Assembly: GCA_964460665.1 (NCBI GenBank)
Contig: CAYWSL010000001.1
Location: 24,032 to 88,031 of the forward strand
DNA length: 64,000 nucleotides
Source of the DNA: an uncultured Pirellulaceae bacterium
GTDB lineage: Bacteria > Planctomycetota > Planctomycetia > Pirellulales > Pirellulaceae
Reading direction: 5' to 3'
Each line of letters starts with the position of its first letter. Position 1 is the stretch's first letter. Below the pieces are notes generated by a model that was not told the DNA's origin, did not search any database, and saw nothing but the letters and a program-made list of their open reading frames with translations. A program made the position numbers and the translations under genes. Below are positions 30,901 through 38,500 of this stretch, piece by piece.

Positions 30901-33900
30901 CGGCGGGAATGTTGGTAAGTTCAATCTGGCTATTGGCAGAAACACCGAACACATCTTGCTGCACAGACCCGGGCGTCTCATTGCCTGCGGCATCCACAAA
31001 CGTGTAGCTGTACTGATAGTTTCCAGCCGCCAGATTTCCGCCAGCAACGGGGGTCAGGCCAATGATTGGAGCTGGACGTGTTGACTGTTGGACGCCGCCA
31101 CCAGCGGCTCCTTGAATGATCAAGTTTTCGTTCAACGCGTGAACAATGTCCGTGTCGTCGAACCGTGCGGTAACCTGCAAGGTTTCCAAACCACCACCTG
31201 GTGGCGTATCGATACGCACAAAAATCCCGTTGGTCGAATTATTAACTAGCGTATTGCCAAAGATGCTGGGCCCAACACGTTCATAGTCGGCAACAAATCC
31301 ATTGCCGCTAACGGATTCACTCTGGAAGCGAGGTTCAGTAAACGTCGTGACCTCGAACGTATTGGGGTCAGCCGACACCGCTGCATCCGAACTAAGCGTG
31401 ATCGTGTTGTAGGAAATTTCGGCACGTGCTTGCGAAAGATGAACTGGATCGATCACGCGATTGATGGTCGAAACTTCTCCACCGCCGTAACTGATCTGAG
31501 CGTGGTTGATGTAGTTCTGGAAGATCCCCAAACGCTCGACATCCAGTCGACCTTGTTCACGATCGACATCGTTTCGGATTTCGATGCCGCCCCAGTCACC
31601 AGCGGAAACTGGCAAGTTCAAGATGTTGCTGTTCGCTCCCAGTGTGCGATCGTTGAAGCTGGTGAAGTAGACAGGCAATTCAGGCGTGCCCTGAACCGAA
31701 ATCGTCGACTCGCTTCGATCAAAACCGTCGTCATCACTACCAACAGAAATGCGGCTGTCCAAGAACTTCATGATCACGCCTGCGTCAACCACCAACTGGA
31801 TTCCGCCAGGCAGATTCAAGTTGCGACCATCGGCCAAGGTCTGATTCAGCGACGAAATGATTCCAATTTCGTAAGCAATATTGTCACCTGGTGTCGTGAC
31901 ATCACCATCAGCACCGCCATTAGGCAGTAGCCTTACAACGACACCATCGGTGCCCGAAGCGGTCAGTGCTTCGGCGGCAGCAAGAGCGGCTGGAATATTG
32001 GTGAACGGGTTGGCCTGAGAACCAAGCGTGCTAACGCCATCTCCGGCTTCCTTGTTGACAAAGATCGTATTGGGCGCAGTTGGCTCGAACCAAAAATCAT
32101 AGATCCCGCCCGCTTCGCCATCTCGGTCGCCATCCAACAAGCTACCATCGGCGTCGATCATCGCCCCCGTGGCTTCGGATGTAAAGTCAACGCGTAAGTC
32201 ATAGACTCCTTCGGTTGTGCCACCAGGGGCTGGCACACCGGAATTAGGATTAAACGACGTGTTACCATCCGAGGCAACACCAATATAGTAGGTCGCGCCT
32301 GCGTCGACATCGTACTGAATGAACGAATCTGTCCCAAAGTAGTCGTTGTTGCTGGCGACAAGTTCAAGGCTACCGCCTTCTTCCCGGTAAAGCGTCAGGC
32401 TGGTGTCCAACAAACTGGAGTTGGGCAATCGTTTGGCAATTGCGTTGATTTCCAAGACACCTGTTTCGGCCACATCGATTTGATAAAGGTCCACGTCCCG
32501 CGACTCGTTTTGCATGAGCAGCAAGCCGTGAACGATATCATTGTCACCAGGAAACACCGGCTCAACACGAGGTTCGTTCACCGTCCGTACAGTATCTGGG
32601 TAGGGAAGGCCGTTTCCAAGTCTATCTCCCAGAACCGTACCTGGCGGCAAGTCATAGGCATGGCTAAGCCCGAGTGCGTGACCTACTTCGTGAAACGCCA
32701 CCTCGAAGAAACCACCACCGAAAACATCGTTTGCAGGATTACTGAAATCAGCCGTGTCTAAGATGGATAGACCGGGTGCCCCCAGTCCTGCGACGCCGCC
32801 GGGTCCGCTAACGAATCCCGGAGCGACTGCTGCAAAGTCTCCAACAAGCAAACGCAACCCACCCGCCGCATCGTCTTCAAAGAACTGGACACCCAACAGA
32901 TCCGCGTAAATGTCTAAAATCTCTAAGTAACGTTGCTCTTGGGCCGCATTGATGTCATTGAACAGCGGATCACCCTGGCTATTGAAACCATAAGGTGCAT
33001 TTCGCAAAAACGTGTAGGAGATCGTCCTGATCGCATTATCAGCGTCTCGACTGCGAGGTACTCCAAGATGATCTACGATTTCGATGTCACGGTGCCCCGG
33101 TTCATTGGTGCTGCCGGGATTGTCGACTTGTAGAGGAAGTCCAACGTTACGAATTTCTTCGCTTAGGCTGATCGACCAGCTTCCGCTGCTGGCGACAGGC
33201 AGTGTGTTGGCTGTCGCCGTTGTGAACCCAGGATCAGCAAAGACATTGTGTGGGGTTACATCTAACGCTGAAAAATCGGTGCCTTCGCCAATTCGCAAAC
33301 GCAGCGAGTCGCCTTGATCGGCAACGAAGTTATCCAGGTTTGCCGCAAACGTCAGCGTCACCTTTCGGTTAATCGGGTCAACGGCGACTCCACCGGCAAT
33401 CGGATTGACAATCACATCGTCTTCGGTGGTCACGGTATTACCAGTGTCTACCAACTGATAGAACGTTGGGTCGGCTATGGTGCTACCGTTGCGGAACAAG
33501 TCGTCGTCGTCAAAGTAAACATCGATTTGATCTAGTCGTGCTGTGCCATTCGTGTCGATGGGCTGGGGGACAACCGAAATGACCTTCGCACCCAACTCGA
33601 TCTCGAAGCTTATGACTTCACGCTCTAAGGTTGGGTCGCCTTCAACGGGCTGTGGAAAATTGGGCGCAAACGGCAGCAGAGACGTACTCTGCAATTCTGA
33701 AGTAATTGAAAGCTGGTAAAAGCCGTCCGCCAGATTTTCAGCGAAACGCAATGTCGCAATGCGCTGGGAGTCGTCCAGTCCGATGAACCCAATTGCCACT
33801 TGCTCAGAATCCAAAGCGAAGTTGCCCGACTCGCTGAACTCGACAGTGATCGCGGAATCCAAATTGGCTGGATCAATTCCATCGTTGCCACCAAACGTCA

Positions 33901-35350
33901 GCACTAATTCCGTCGGCGCGCGGTCTCGTACATTGGCTAGTACCTGATCTTGAGGATCCAAATCGAATAGATCCGAAGCGTTGGCCGCTACAGCCAATAG
34001 ATTAGGGTTCCCCGAGTTGCCTTCGGTGATGTTTAGATCGTACAGCTGGGTCGGCGTGACCGCACCCGATGCAGGTCCAATTGCTGAATCACCAAACACG
34101 CCAACCGTGTAGGTGCCGTCTTGCACAATGGGCAACGAGAACAGGAATTCTGGCTCGCCAATGAGATTGTTCGACTGGTTGGAAATCAGTGCCCCTGTCG
34201 GGTCATACAGTTCAAATCGCAGATCACTGTAAAGCGACGAATTCACAGTCGACACAATACCGCCGTCAACGCCCACATCGTAAACTTCACCTACTGGGAA
34301 AACAGTTAGATTGAGTAACTGGCCAGTGGTGGCGTCGAAACTGAACCAGTCAGCATCTGCGTTTTCATCAATCGACAGGTTCGTTTCCGTATCGATCGAC
34401 CCCAGAGCCCCCAGCGGCACTGCGGTTGCCTGGGTGTCATTGTCGCCGTAACGATCGCCATAAAGTGTGTGGGCTCCTAATATGTCGTCATGCTGCGGGC
34501 CCCGGAAAGCAAATGTAATATTGGGCTCCAGCAAAGCGTTGTTCGCAAAATTTGGCGCGACATGTCCCAGCCCGATCGAATGCCCTATTTCGTGCGTGAG
34601 CGTGTTGTGAAAACCCAAGTTTGGCCCGGCCGCCGTCGTGTCTGCATTGGCTGCATAAAACGGGTTCTGCGTATCGAATACGATGTCGCCAGCGGTTGGA
34701 AAGAATGCGAATGCCAGCACGCCAGGTTCGGCACTGCCATCGCCACCACTGATTCGAATGTCGCCACGCACCCCCAATTCACCCTCTCGACCTGCGTCGC
34801 CCAAAAAGTTGTCGACAGGCACGCCGTCATCGTTCGGTTCGTACACAAAGTCGATGCCGCTGGCATCTTCCCAGTCATCAAAGCCTCGCTGGAGCAGTTC
34901 AAACCACGGACGATTTTCAACTGGGTCGTTGGGCGCCGCGCCATTGTTTCCATAAATTCCATCCAAAAATGCGATCAGGTCACTTTGCTCGCCCGCCGCT
35001 AAATCGACCACCTCTGTTCCATCAGGAACGATGCTCCAAGTGATGACGGTAGAATCACCCAAGTTTGGACTTGTGCCACTGGCCGTTTGTGTCCATCGAC
35101 TTGGGTTGACCCCGATGTTGGCCGCCTGCGGGATATTTACAGGATCCGCGTTCCGCTGTTGATATTGCTCGATCTGCTCCTGAGTCGTTCCTGGAGCAAA
35201 CGCAGGTTGCAAAATTTCAGCAGCAAGCAACTCGCGACGTTCTAGCGTTTCGTGATTGAGCGAACGCTGAGACTCGGTAGCCGAACGCTTCCGCGCGCCT
35301 CGAAGTGACTTGCGTTTAGTGCGACGTAGTGGGAGAGATTGGTGGCTCAT
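15983..35350 (-). CDS. Giant secreted multidomain protein A (~6,455 aa; start MSHQSL at 35350): planctomycete leader, two matrixin/M10-type zinc domains, PPC, beta-helix, GEVED, ~13 cadherin/Ig-like (VNDxP) repeats, dockerin-like C-terminus
   Basis: One open frame of 19.4 kb. Motifs RSLNHETLERRELLAA, HEIGHSIGLGH, HEVGHALGLSH, TSxxDxxxG..GDWGG beta-helix segments, GDAPDSY...WIDFNNDGDF...GEVEDY, repeated PxNDxP, and DVDASGLVTPLDAILVIN..DVDGSQAITAVDAILVIN. Confidence 0.93.
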   Translation of the reverse strand: MSHQSLPLRRTKRKSLRGARKRSATESQRSLNHETLERRELLAAEILQPAFAPGTTQEQIEQYQQRNADPVNIPQAANIGVNPSRWTQTASGTSPNLGDSTVITWSIVPDGTEVVDLAAGEQSDLIAFLDGIYGNNGAAPNDPVENRPWFELLQRGFDDWEDASGIDFVYEPNDDGVPVDNFLGDAGREGELGVRGDIRISGGDGSAEPGVLAFAFFPTAGDIVFDTQNPFYAANADTTAAGPNLGFHNTLTHEIGHSIGLGHVAPNFANNALLEPNITFAFRGPQHDDILGAHTLYGDRYGDNDTQATAVPLGALGSIDTETNLSIDENADADWFSFDATTGQLLNLTVFPVGEVYDVGVDGGIVSTVNSSLYSDLRFELYDPTGALISNQSNNLIGEPEFLFSLPIVQDGTYTVGVFGDSAIGPASGAVTPTQLYDLNITEGNSGNPNLLAVAANASDLFDLDPQDQVLANVRDRAPTELVLTFGGNDGIDPANLDSAITVEFSESGNFALDSEQVAIGFIGLDDSQRIATLRFAENLADGFYQLSITSELQSTSLLPFAPNFPQPVEGDPTLEREVISFEIELGAKVISVVPQPIDTNGTARLDQIDVYFDDDDLFRNGSTIADPTFYQLVDTGNTVTTEDDVIVNPIAGGVAVDPINRKVTLTFAANLDNFVADQGDSLRLRIGEGTDFSALDVTPHNVFADPGFTTATANTLPVASSGSWSISLSEEIRNVGLPLQVDNPGSTNEPGHRDIEIVDHLGVPRSRDADNAIRTISYTFLRNAPYGFNSQGDPLFNDINAAQEQRYLEILDIYADLLGVQFFEDDAAGGLRLLVGDFAAVAPGFVSGPGGVAGLGAPGLSILDTADFSNPANDVFGGGFFEVAFHEVGHALGLSHAYDLPPGTVLGDRLGNGLPYPDTVRTVNEPRVEPVFPGDNDIVHGLLLMQNESRDVDLYQIDVAETGVLEINAIAKRLPNSSLLDTSLTLYREEGGSLELVASNNDYFGTDSFIQYDVDAGATYYIGVASDGNTSFNPNSGVPAPGGTTEGVYDLRVDFTSEATGAMIDADGSLLDGDRDGEAGGIYDFWFEPTAPNTIFVNKEAGDGVSTLGSQANPFTNIPAALAAAEALTASGTDGVVVRLLPNGGADGDVTTPGDNIAYEIGIISSLNQTLADGRNLNLPGGIQLVVDAGVIMKFLDSRISVGSDDDGFDRSESTISVQGTPELPVYFTSFNDRTLGANSNILNLPVSAGDWGGIEIRNDVDREQGRLDVERLGIFQNYINHAQISYGGGEVSTINRVIDPVHLSQARAEISYNTITLSSDAAVSADPNTFEVTTFTEPRFQSESVSGNGFVADYERVGPSIFGNTLVNNSTNGIFVRIDTPPGGGLETLQVTARFDDTDIVHALNENLIIQGAAGGGVQQSTRPAPIIGLTPVAGGNLAAGNYQYSYTFVDAAGNETPGSVQQDVFGVSANSQIELTNIPAATGDFVGRRLYRSVGGGSFELVAQLDRTSPDFTDNLATPSTSAAVLDPSVGSVRHGNVAGSLVLDPGTILKSQGARIELGFGANLIAEGVAGNEVILTSRNDDEFGAGGTFDTNGDGDATTEAAGDWGGIYASPTSALSIDRALLAYAGGITGAGGGTAAFNAIQIHQADARIANSVLRDNASGLGGGQLNSRSDFVRNSAATIHVTGTQPTIVGNTFLDNAGATIDINVNALNATFNRDLGRQTGDIDTFDIPPANTGPVIRGNQTAGNGVNGLVVRGEVLTTEVVWDDTDIVHVLRNDIEIPDFHTYGGLRLESSATESLVVKFDNAEILATGRPLDITDRIGGRLHVLGQPGFPVILTSINDDTVGASFAPDGSVQTQTLSSNTPNTPAPGDWQGLKFDEFSHDQNISVVIENEGEIGGFGDLNATIGSQQDLGILAPNAESGDETIRLGYTVHGAIADNNDQDLYSFEGFGGTLVWIDIDETDPQLDTVLEILDGNGRVLALSQDSRTESNNGELTYTDTGIIRDGHALPMRLDHNAPTNATGEYRDLYTTNDGDSGLRIVLPGTTGTQQTFFVRVRSNNAAFDLTTEAGIDASLDTGGLTQGGYRVQIRLQEVDQFAGSVVRYADIRYATTAIDVVGLPIHSTIAGEVASNPGGTVNIGSFANTDQGAVSISGNSGTTDTFQFSTGRDGLQPPLPGVPPTTNAQSLVFDVDYSDGLTRPDTNLYLFDGNNNLIAIGTDSNIADDRITPFIPGLPATTQDDLSRGSQGARDPFIGPLELLPNINYQVVVANNSLMAPDLQQFTLSNPANPNARLEPIDSAIRVTDDRFDIPNDSPTGNPFQTPAALQVGFQDDGSGNIIPWQFGDLPLIVFGRQGSAGDNSQLNIFNPFTGRHDAIIDRGTDAIGAAAQSPRNVTLAIERPTVPNLTDNNTNTVYSIDSNGTLTDIGTTEIVTYENFDNGDADPTTNSNRVSLDGDGVEFRSLAYYNDTISETSFLYGLADRTEFRGSQVIANAGGADIIGGFAGDINADNLIYLLDPDTGQAVSRNQTDMRAGFQSASPLDPRLQNDANFNIPLEAPWAGTDVIAQIQVPTTAGIVNSLVTDINGGQSLLAFTDQGAVWSFDINADGDGADYSPGDLQVDTVPTFASPTGFRVSDTELLLNPSVATPFGTLPGIYDSQGTLLIFDEVTKGPANYTDVNDTIGISDLYFGIQSGTDRLFAFRLDAFDGVNVAEPVFEFGAESIQLDTANAGAGYAGFFFSPLDQTLWHNSNTSNNIPGHGLGALQDRGNVGGGASLRFGFDSLDTDFNHVSDVPVNSLAASDLQNFSGYNFLGGAHGTVQSNALDLSGFSSDDLPTLYFTYLLDTENVNTNLGDASVSARDTLRVYVSGSDGQWALVATNNVVGNIAGRNFNSTIDEFGPDVSGYTDLSTQVFVQELFDGEGFRQARIDLGPWAGDEDVTIRYEFSTAGETRPDQTEIYAVDADQILDGDTIELSGEMPDALTSIQGDVLLDRTEVFEFDLGLVVRLPAGQDVGAPLTLAGPGGTVVELISSGTPTGNQVLVLDTDSAEDVADRVAARFGPSVVRSSDHPDWVGFTNVTAVGTYTFGDPNDGFILSQPGVDLLSTAIEIELDMTANEVQAQIHDAIVNQIHYADLGPNPAAFPLIDGTSGIRIYDLTVRQTALPIIAGELTAPVGSNDILPASELGVFNGGVSSVEDLLRAGQRSIGVGGNNGVYIDDIVIGLAERGESVTNSTAGSGLVANPYFPSSEVTSGAYQLEVRLGREYLGVDNTGKLEVIDPFAPPIDNRVGGIGVGVAGTEGWRLNERLAGAFNALVESSGAQLVDGDSFELSNGFETIRFEFNDTTLSNTPVASTSVAIDYVTSDTVGEVADLIRNAINSPSVRAILGIEATSSGGLLNDPTDRMIFFHGYAAATATGSSTFGSPHLRGIVSGTDFLLGEDNGDRNSVRNQGQFIIDSNVISFSADTAIDIRAGDTGPGNKAPNEGDRPKPGVPQSLPTLQSGAGTLHGAVVQNNLLISNGTGISLSGNPAQGGPDVFTRIVNNTVFGSTGTGIAIANRAAPTLINNVVANNDVGISAVNEGPTVIRGTVFDNNDDSNTTGIGMGTEAIVDPVGDLFVNPNIGIFDPFAGSPNFYPAAGSALIDIGIGSQPDRPNLVAVKDSVGIPESPIVVTEVDLAGQIRRDGSTAAGQGGNVNIDIGALDRSDTTGPEAIIIVPTDNDALNADIDREDTFLQLTDGIFSFFEILISDGTGIGPDSSTITPNQLTILENGRQLFPGLDVVIGYNASNRTLRFSPPSGTWRNDAVYEIILQNQPATLANGVVVEGVSDLAGNLLQPNRADGQTRFTIVMPGVELDLGDAPDSYGTAFGDNGARHAIIDFGSPRLGRFVDGETDSAGVGSDDVPSVVTAQGNVGEASSGPFAITTVGGVTTVDLTALPSLNDNLQITASGRLAVFELVPQGGTATVGRIPVEFAPSDTLADITTSLADAVANALPSQNLLATVTQSGATQFELRGADDEDGASIGQVTIGSTTIDGVFTDPATNEVLSYLNPLSPDGAELVVSTIGGGILDLWIDFNNDGDFLDANERVVVGQPVLDGENRLQISTPSDISFLSNSVNGTGTTFARFRLSDAGNPSPIGLVVGGEVEDYNVFIARAALPEPDDDQFGRADGLFEDNPFTLTAANAVGANDVLSGAAGVEYVLESDVSNGTLVFNPDGSFSYDPATDFFGTDTFTYRITGTQDVEVGGVLVALPVRSSRAATVTLTIEAENDPPTALSQSVVTTEPSDTNTLTAITLTSAQLLTGATPHVDVASLPSPFNESEQALKVSQVSVFDSTGVLTPLVDASQLLDPTTPIDGTYTAPTHVADGTGFVQSGTVSITVLNGGVESVTYQPAEDYNRDNPDAGGFPSFDQFVFTVADDGATTLADGNPAVPQPLPQTVDATVTILVQPQNDPPTAANDVIDSSTFGVALQEDTPFTIPTAFLLSNDFAGTQADDDESLGINDTAVSLVTAQGATNTTLIGAVNSGIAVDDTATGTGYILFSELNVFTRFAAAPPVNLPGVINSSNLVAARFNGFTWEYNNDSNWIPFTPDPTDRLIAAVNFDFDTIDSLLYATGTVSGIQQGFVASDLTFESNQFGGQPDLGEFLVSGTFFDTSADPEFPTEFRAFPLTTNRGGTVSLDSATGDLVYTPPLDYFGPDSFEYLIVDQGVNVAVDGTSVVQNKFDIATATLTIDPVNDAPAANDQGFVTLEDTPITITADMLRTGSVGHANPVLPFPFDESNQDATTTVTALNIGAETVTAANAANGPFPTTNGTIDAVNFDTNDNLIDFQYTPNPDFNADNPRTGGGRTIDQFSYTLTDDGIAQLPTGGTFTNPPESVQALVSIFVTPQNDDPVASDDLITSTSSIWNSFSSINPVEDSALVIPAAFLLSNDTNAPTSAGDELGGINDTSNLTIVNTVFTTALGGTVTLLPNGDLLYEAPADRFGLDTFEYQVADQGVDEDVNGTRQLSPRPDTATVSILIEPINDAPRAFDRSFGGVEDTLVSFTAADLLGGANPAIAIDASTLPPAPFVENEQSLRVVAFSDGDESIDVNDLFDPSIGLNGTGTLTLNTVSGGLLTFNFSSGAFVDGTYLPGQDYNQRTPFAAVELFDYVVADDGVTTLVGSGDVDDTGVDTVLDLPDQRSAPATVELTVTSVNDPPSFQFQSVVDILERDDSLATSISDFATNVFPGPATALDELQRESVVFTYLPDQSTVQPGLFLQAPSVSSSGVLSVHPSPDVIGSATIVMRVEDLDNLTPGFVPQTQLITFTVNVRPVNDAPQIRSSVLNTSDSASPDAAYSVAGNGEVTYTLTEDNTDSNGVASPYLIPLSAPTGAGFAPIGLLDLFEVGPSNEVSAADGGSQVLELFNFPTQTDLGGTLVAVTDGSGDVIGLEYTPPADYNNTQGVSDSFNYLVNDVSTTGGETFSLFSGQLEPDPLTASNRVRLNLTPVNDAPIYQLSTNNVQAAEDAGLQSVAGFAFNFAAGPATATDEIEFALGQNIDFELSPVNITAADLPTSFTTEPTISAAGVLQYESAPDVFGQFVFEVSLVDDGLGADVSTRGDINRSNIETLTIDIRPVNDPPAIDPAAGSLAFNNSENTTLFISANGSIVSGDLLGAFTVGPANEASTADPGGNQSLALGVVPLTTVSGGTLTAVQDAAGNLTGYDYQPPVNFVGQDSFVYQLQDDGETVLVASNGQPTADPRTTDVTVTINVVGVNDPPIFTGAADVIVLEDEGVVTIPDWATSVLPGPLGALDEVSGATAQTVTASLTSLSNSSSLFATQPTVTLVGTTLSLSFETAQDQSGVADFQLVLTDNGPAIAANGDVNQTVHPFQIVIGVENDPPTFTASPTPVLVDEDSGLFTLSNWATNISPGPGDEAATQTIDRFEVEVPAGRENLFAVLPNVSVTGELTFTPAPDANGTVDVLVTAVDSVAGRSLPATLTITINPVDDSPIAVDDTVLANEDELLRIDPADLLANDFDPDSAFDPNEVLSVVISTPLVSDLGATITRDSNGDLIYDPTTSTILQALPPNTSLVDQFTYMITDTDGEDPMPTANVLLNVQGINDEPTAVADSVFAAPNVGLDIDVLANDFDVDGSIDPASIIITLQPENGSLIVNNSGTVTYVSDVGFTGPDEFSYTVGDDLGQQSEPATVTVDVGDLPTANPDVASGVSVAGQLDVDVLANDEGDFLASTLVIETQPTNGTVTILPNGQLRYVPTAPFTGQDSFTYSVEDSSGRRSLPGTVTLNFVVGGRQNQVDNFDVDASGLVTPLDAILVINMIADEGLFIPIPDDDFGPLFWDVDGSQAITAVDAILVINFIADRSDIFGEQVDAPIQPIGSDTIELGTNLNRNGDQFEPAMSISDSTDQVITTSSVAQQADFSVIDLIAGDDEETDEQDEIAAVDAVLSDLF

Positions 35351-35431
35351 GGAAGCAACACGCAGTTCAAAAAGGCAGTGAATGAAGTCAGAGGATGAAA
35401 TGCAAACTCTGAGAACAAAAATCAAAAATGG

Positions 35432-35460
35432 AAAAACTCAAATACCGATATCTTACCGGT
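35432..35460 (-). terminator. Weak hairpin plus U-rich tract ~95 nt upstream of the giant gene A start
   Basis: Minus strand accggta-aga-tatcggt followed by atttgagttttt. Confidence 0.3.
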
Positions 35461-35500
35461 TTCCCTCTGAGGCAACCTGCTTCAGAAGCGGAACACAACG

Positions 35501-35518
35501 GGGCTAGCGAACCAGCCC
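35501..35518 (-). terminator. GC-rich hairpin just after the giant gene B stop
   Basis: Minus strand gggctgg-TTCG-ctagccc (7 bp, UUCG loop) 16 nt after the stop, followed by cgttgtgtt (weak U-tract). Confidence 0.45.
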
Positions 35519-35534
35519 TGTCGCGATCCAAAAA

Positions 35535-38500
35535 CTAAATCAAATCTCCGAATGCAGCGTCTAACGCTTCCACTCGGTCGGCTTCTTCGTCTTCGTCGTC
35601 GTCATCAAACGCGATCAAGTCGATCACGTTGTTGTCGTTGTCTAGCGAATCTTCAACGGATGCATCAACCAGATTCGCTGACGGTTGGGTGACCGTAGTG
35701 ATTGGTTGCTCGGTCAATTCAAACGCGGCGTCGTTTGAATCGATGTCAACAAAGTCAACTACTACCGGGTCAACTACAGGCTGCGAAATGGAGACTTGTT
35801 CTCCAAATGCCCCGCCTTCAGCTGCCCGATCGGCCAAGAAATTAATCACCAAAATCGCATCCACCGGGTCGATGTCTTGATCGCCCTGAGTGTCGTAGAA
35901 ATTGGGACCTCGGTCCGTTTCAGCGACAGGCGTGAACAACCCATTGTCGGCGATGAAGTTAATGATCAGCAATGCATCAAGCGGCGAAACGTTACCGTTC
36001 CCATTGACGTCTAAGAACTCGTCCGGATTCTGCAGTCGGCTGTTTGAAACCCGTACGCTTACGGTAGCAGGTTCACTGAAGCGACCTTCTTGATCCGGGA
36101 TCGAATACACAAACGTGTCCGTTCCCACAAAGTCCAGATTTGGAACGTACCGAATCGTACCGTTGTTCTGTGGAATCGCTTGCCCACGTTGTGGCTGTTC
36201 CAAGACGATGATGCCAGCCAGATCAAGCTGACCATCTGGATCCATGTCATTGGCTGCCACGTTCACGTCAATCGGCTCGCCTATAAACGTTTCAGCGATA
36301 TCGCCGACCGCAATCGGTGCAACGTTGGCAGCGATGGAAACGATTCCCTCGCTTCCACGCAGCCCCAAGTTGTCAGCCACGGTGTAACGGAACTGATCTT
36401 CAGTAGAGAAGCTTCCAAATGGCGTGTAGGTGATGATTCCATTGTCGGCAACGGCAATGGTTCCAAATGCTGGCTGCAACGTGATCGAAATCGAGCTTGG
36501 ATCAATGAACCCATCGATGTCGGTGTCGTTATCAAGCGGTCGAATCACTGTAGGACCGTTGGGATTCAACGTTGGTTGGTCGATGTTCAACACAGGTGCG
36601 TCGTTCACACCTGCAACGGTTACGTTGACCAGTACAGGAGTACTGGTAGCCCCTGCTGCATCCACCACGCTATACGTGAAGGAGTCTACGATGGACTCTC
36701 CTGGAGCCAAGGACTGCAGGCTAACCGAGTTGGTCGGATCGTAGGTGATCGATCCAGTCGCCGCATCGAAGCTGACCAATGCCCCTTCGATCGAACGCTC
36801 GCCATTTTGTGGAACGACGGTCAAGAACTCGTTCGGGTTCGTGATCAAATCAGGGTCAATGTCGTTACCGAGCAACGTTGCTGATGTGATTGTGAATACA
36901 ACATCCTCGTTCGTTAGGATGTCATCCTCCACTGCCCGTGGCGTGTCGTTGACTTCATCGATGATGATCCGAAGCGTCACTGAGTCAGACTCACCACCGT
37001 CGGAATCGAACGCTTGAACGTCCAGGTCGACTGTACCGTTGGCGTTAGCGGCAGGCGTGAATCGTAGGAACCCAGTGTCGCTAATTTCCGGAGGCGACCG
37101 GAACAAGTCGACTGCGTCATCGGGAACTGTCACCTCGAATCGCACATTCTGTGATGATTCGTCATTCGGTCCTGCCGACACATTGCCCGCCCATGGTTCC
37201 GACTGGCTGAATGGCCCGCTGTCCTCGGCAACCTGAATAATGCCGCCAGGAGTAAATGACGGTGGATCATTCACGGCGTTCACGCGAATTGTGAATGTCT
37301 GCGTGATACTGACGTTGTCATCGCCATTGCCTGCGTCCGGTCCGTCATCCAACAAGAAGACTTCAAAGACGGCCACGCCGTTTGCGTCTGCTGCAGCTTG
37401 GAACGAAAGCGATGCCGTGTTGGTAAGGCTATCGATCACAGCAGTTGGCGAATCGGCGAACAGAGCTGGGCTTCCCGCCGTCTGCGTGAACACAAACGAC
37501 AAATTCTGATTCGCGATTTCGTCACCAGCCGTTGCAGGGCCAGCTAGCACGCTGGTTGCCCAGTCGTTGACGACGACAGGTCCAAAGTCCTCGCTGGTAA
37601 CAACGTTGCCGGCTCCACTAAAGATTGGTTCGTCGTTCACCGGTAAGACCGTTAGGTTCACCGTGTTGGACGCAAACCGTGGATCAAGTTGAGCAATATT
37701 GCTGCCAACGTCCACCGTGATTCCATCGTCAGTTACCGTGTAGATGAACGAATCTTCGCCGGTAAAGTCAGGTCGCGGCGTGTAACGCAAGTTCGTCAAA
37801 CCAGTTTCATCGAAGATCTGCGTCAACGAACCACCCGACGTCGTCGAAGTCGTAATCGGTGTTGCCAGGCTAACGGTTTGGTTTCCACCCGGCGTGATGT
37901 CATCTGATTCGTTGTCCGGCCCCGGCAAGAATACATCCAAAAGACCAGCGGTCACTGTGTCACCGACGATCTGAATATCGATAGTCGAATTTTCAAGCAG
38001 AGTGAACGACAAGTCGCCAGCATTCGGGCTCAACACAGGCGAATCGTTCACCGGAAGAACACTGATTGTGATCGTTTGCGGATCAGACGAAATCAAGTCG
38101 CCACGTGTGGCATTTCCGATTCCGTCATCGTTCAAGACGACCTCAAACACGAATTCACCAAATACGTTCTCAGCCGGCTCAAACGTCAATGTCCCATCGG
38201 GGGTGATCGCAGGCGATTCTTCAAAGAACTGCGAAACTCTGGATGGTGGAATGTTGACCAGGGCCAACGAGAAATTCACCTCTTGGCCAGTTTCACTGCC
38301 AATGGTGGCGTCGACTTCGTCAAATGCAGTCGCTTGCGGACCAGCAGCAATATTGACCGCATAACCTTGGACGGTGCTGAGACCACTGTCTTCGGCTACC
38401 TCAATGAAATTGTTGATCAATGTGAATTCGGGCCTGTCGTTGACCGGCGTCAAGTCAAAGAAAACAGTGTTCGATGTACGAAGATTGTCTTCAGTCAAGA

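Noticed and set aside
18527-38105. RGD tripeptide at homologous positions in A (18527-18535) and B (38097-38105), plus one in C
   Set aside because: One or two RGDs per protein of this size and composition are expected by chance, and the shared site can simply reflect paralogy.
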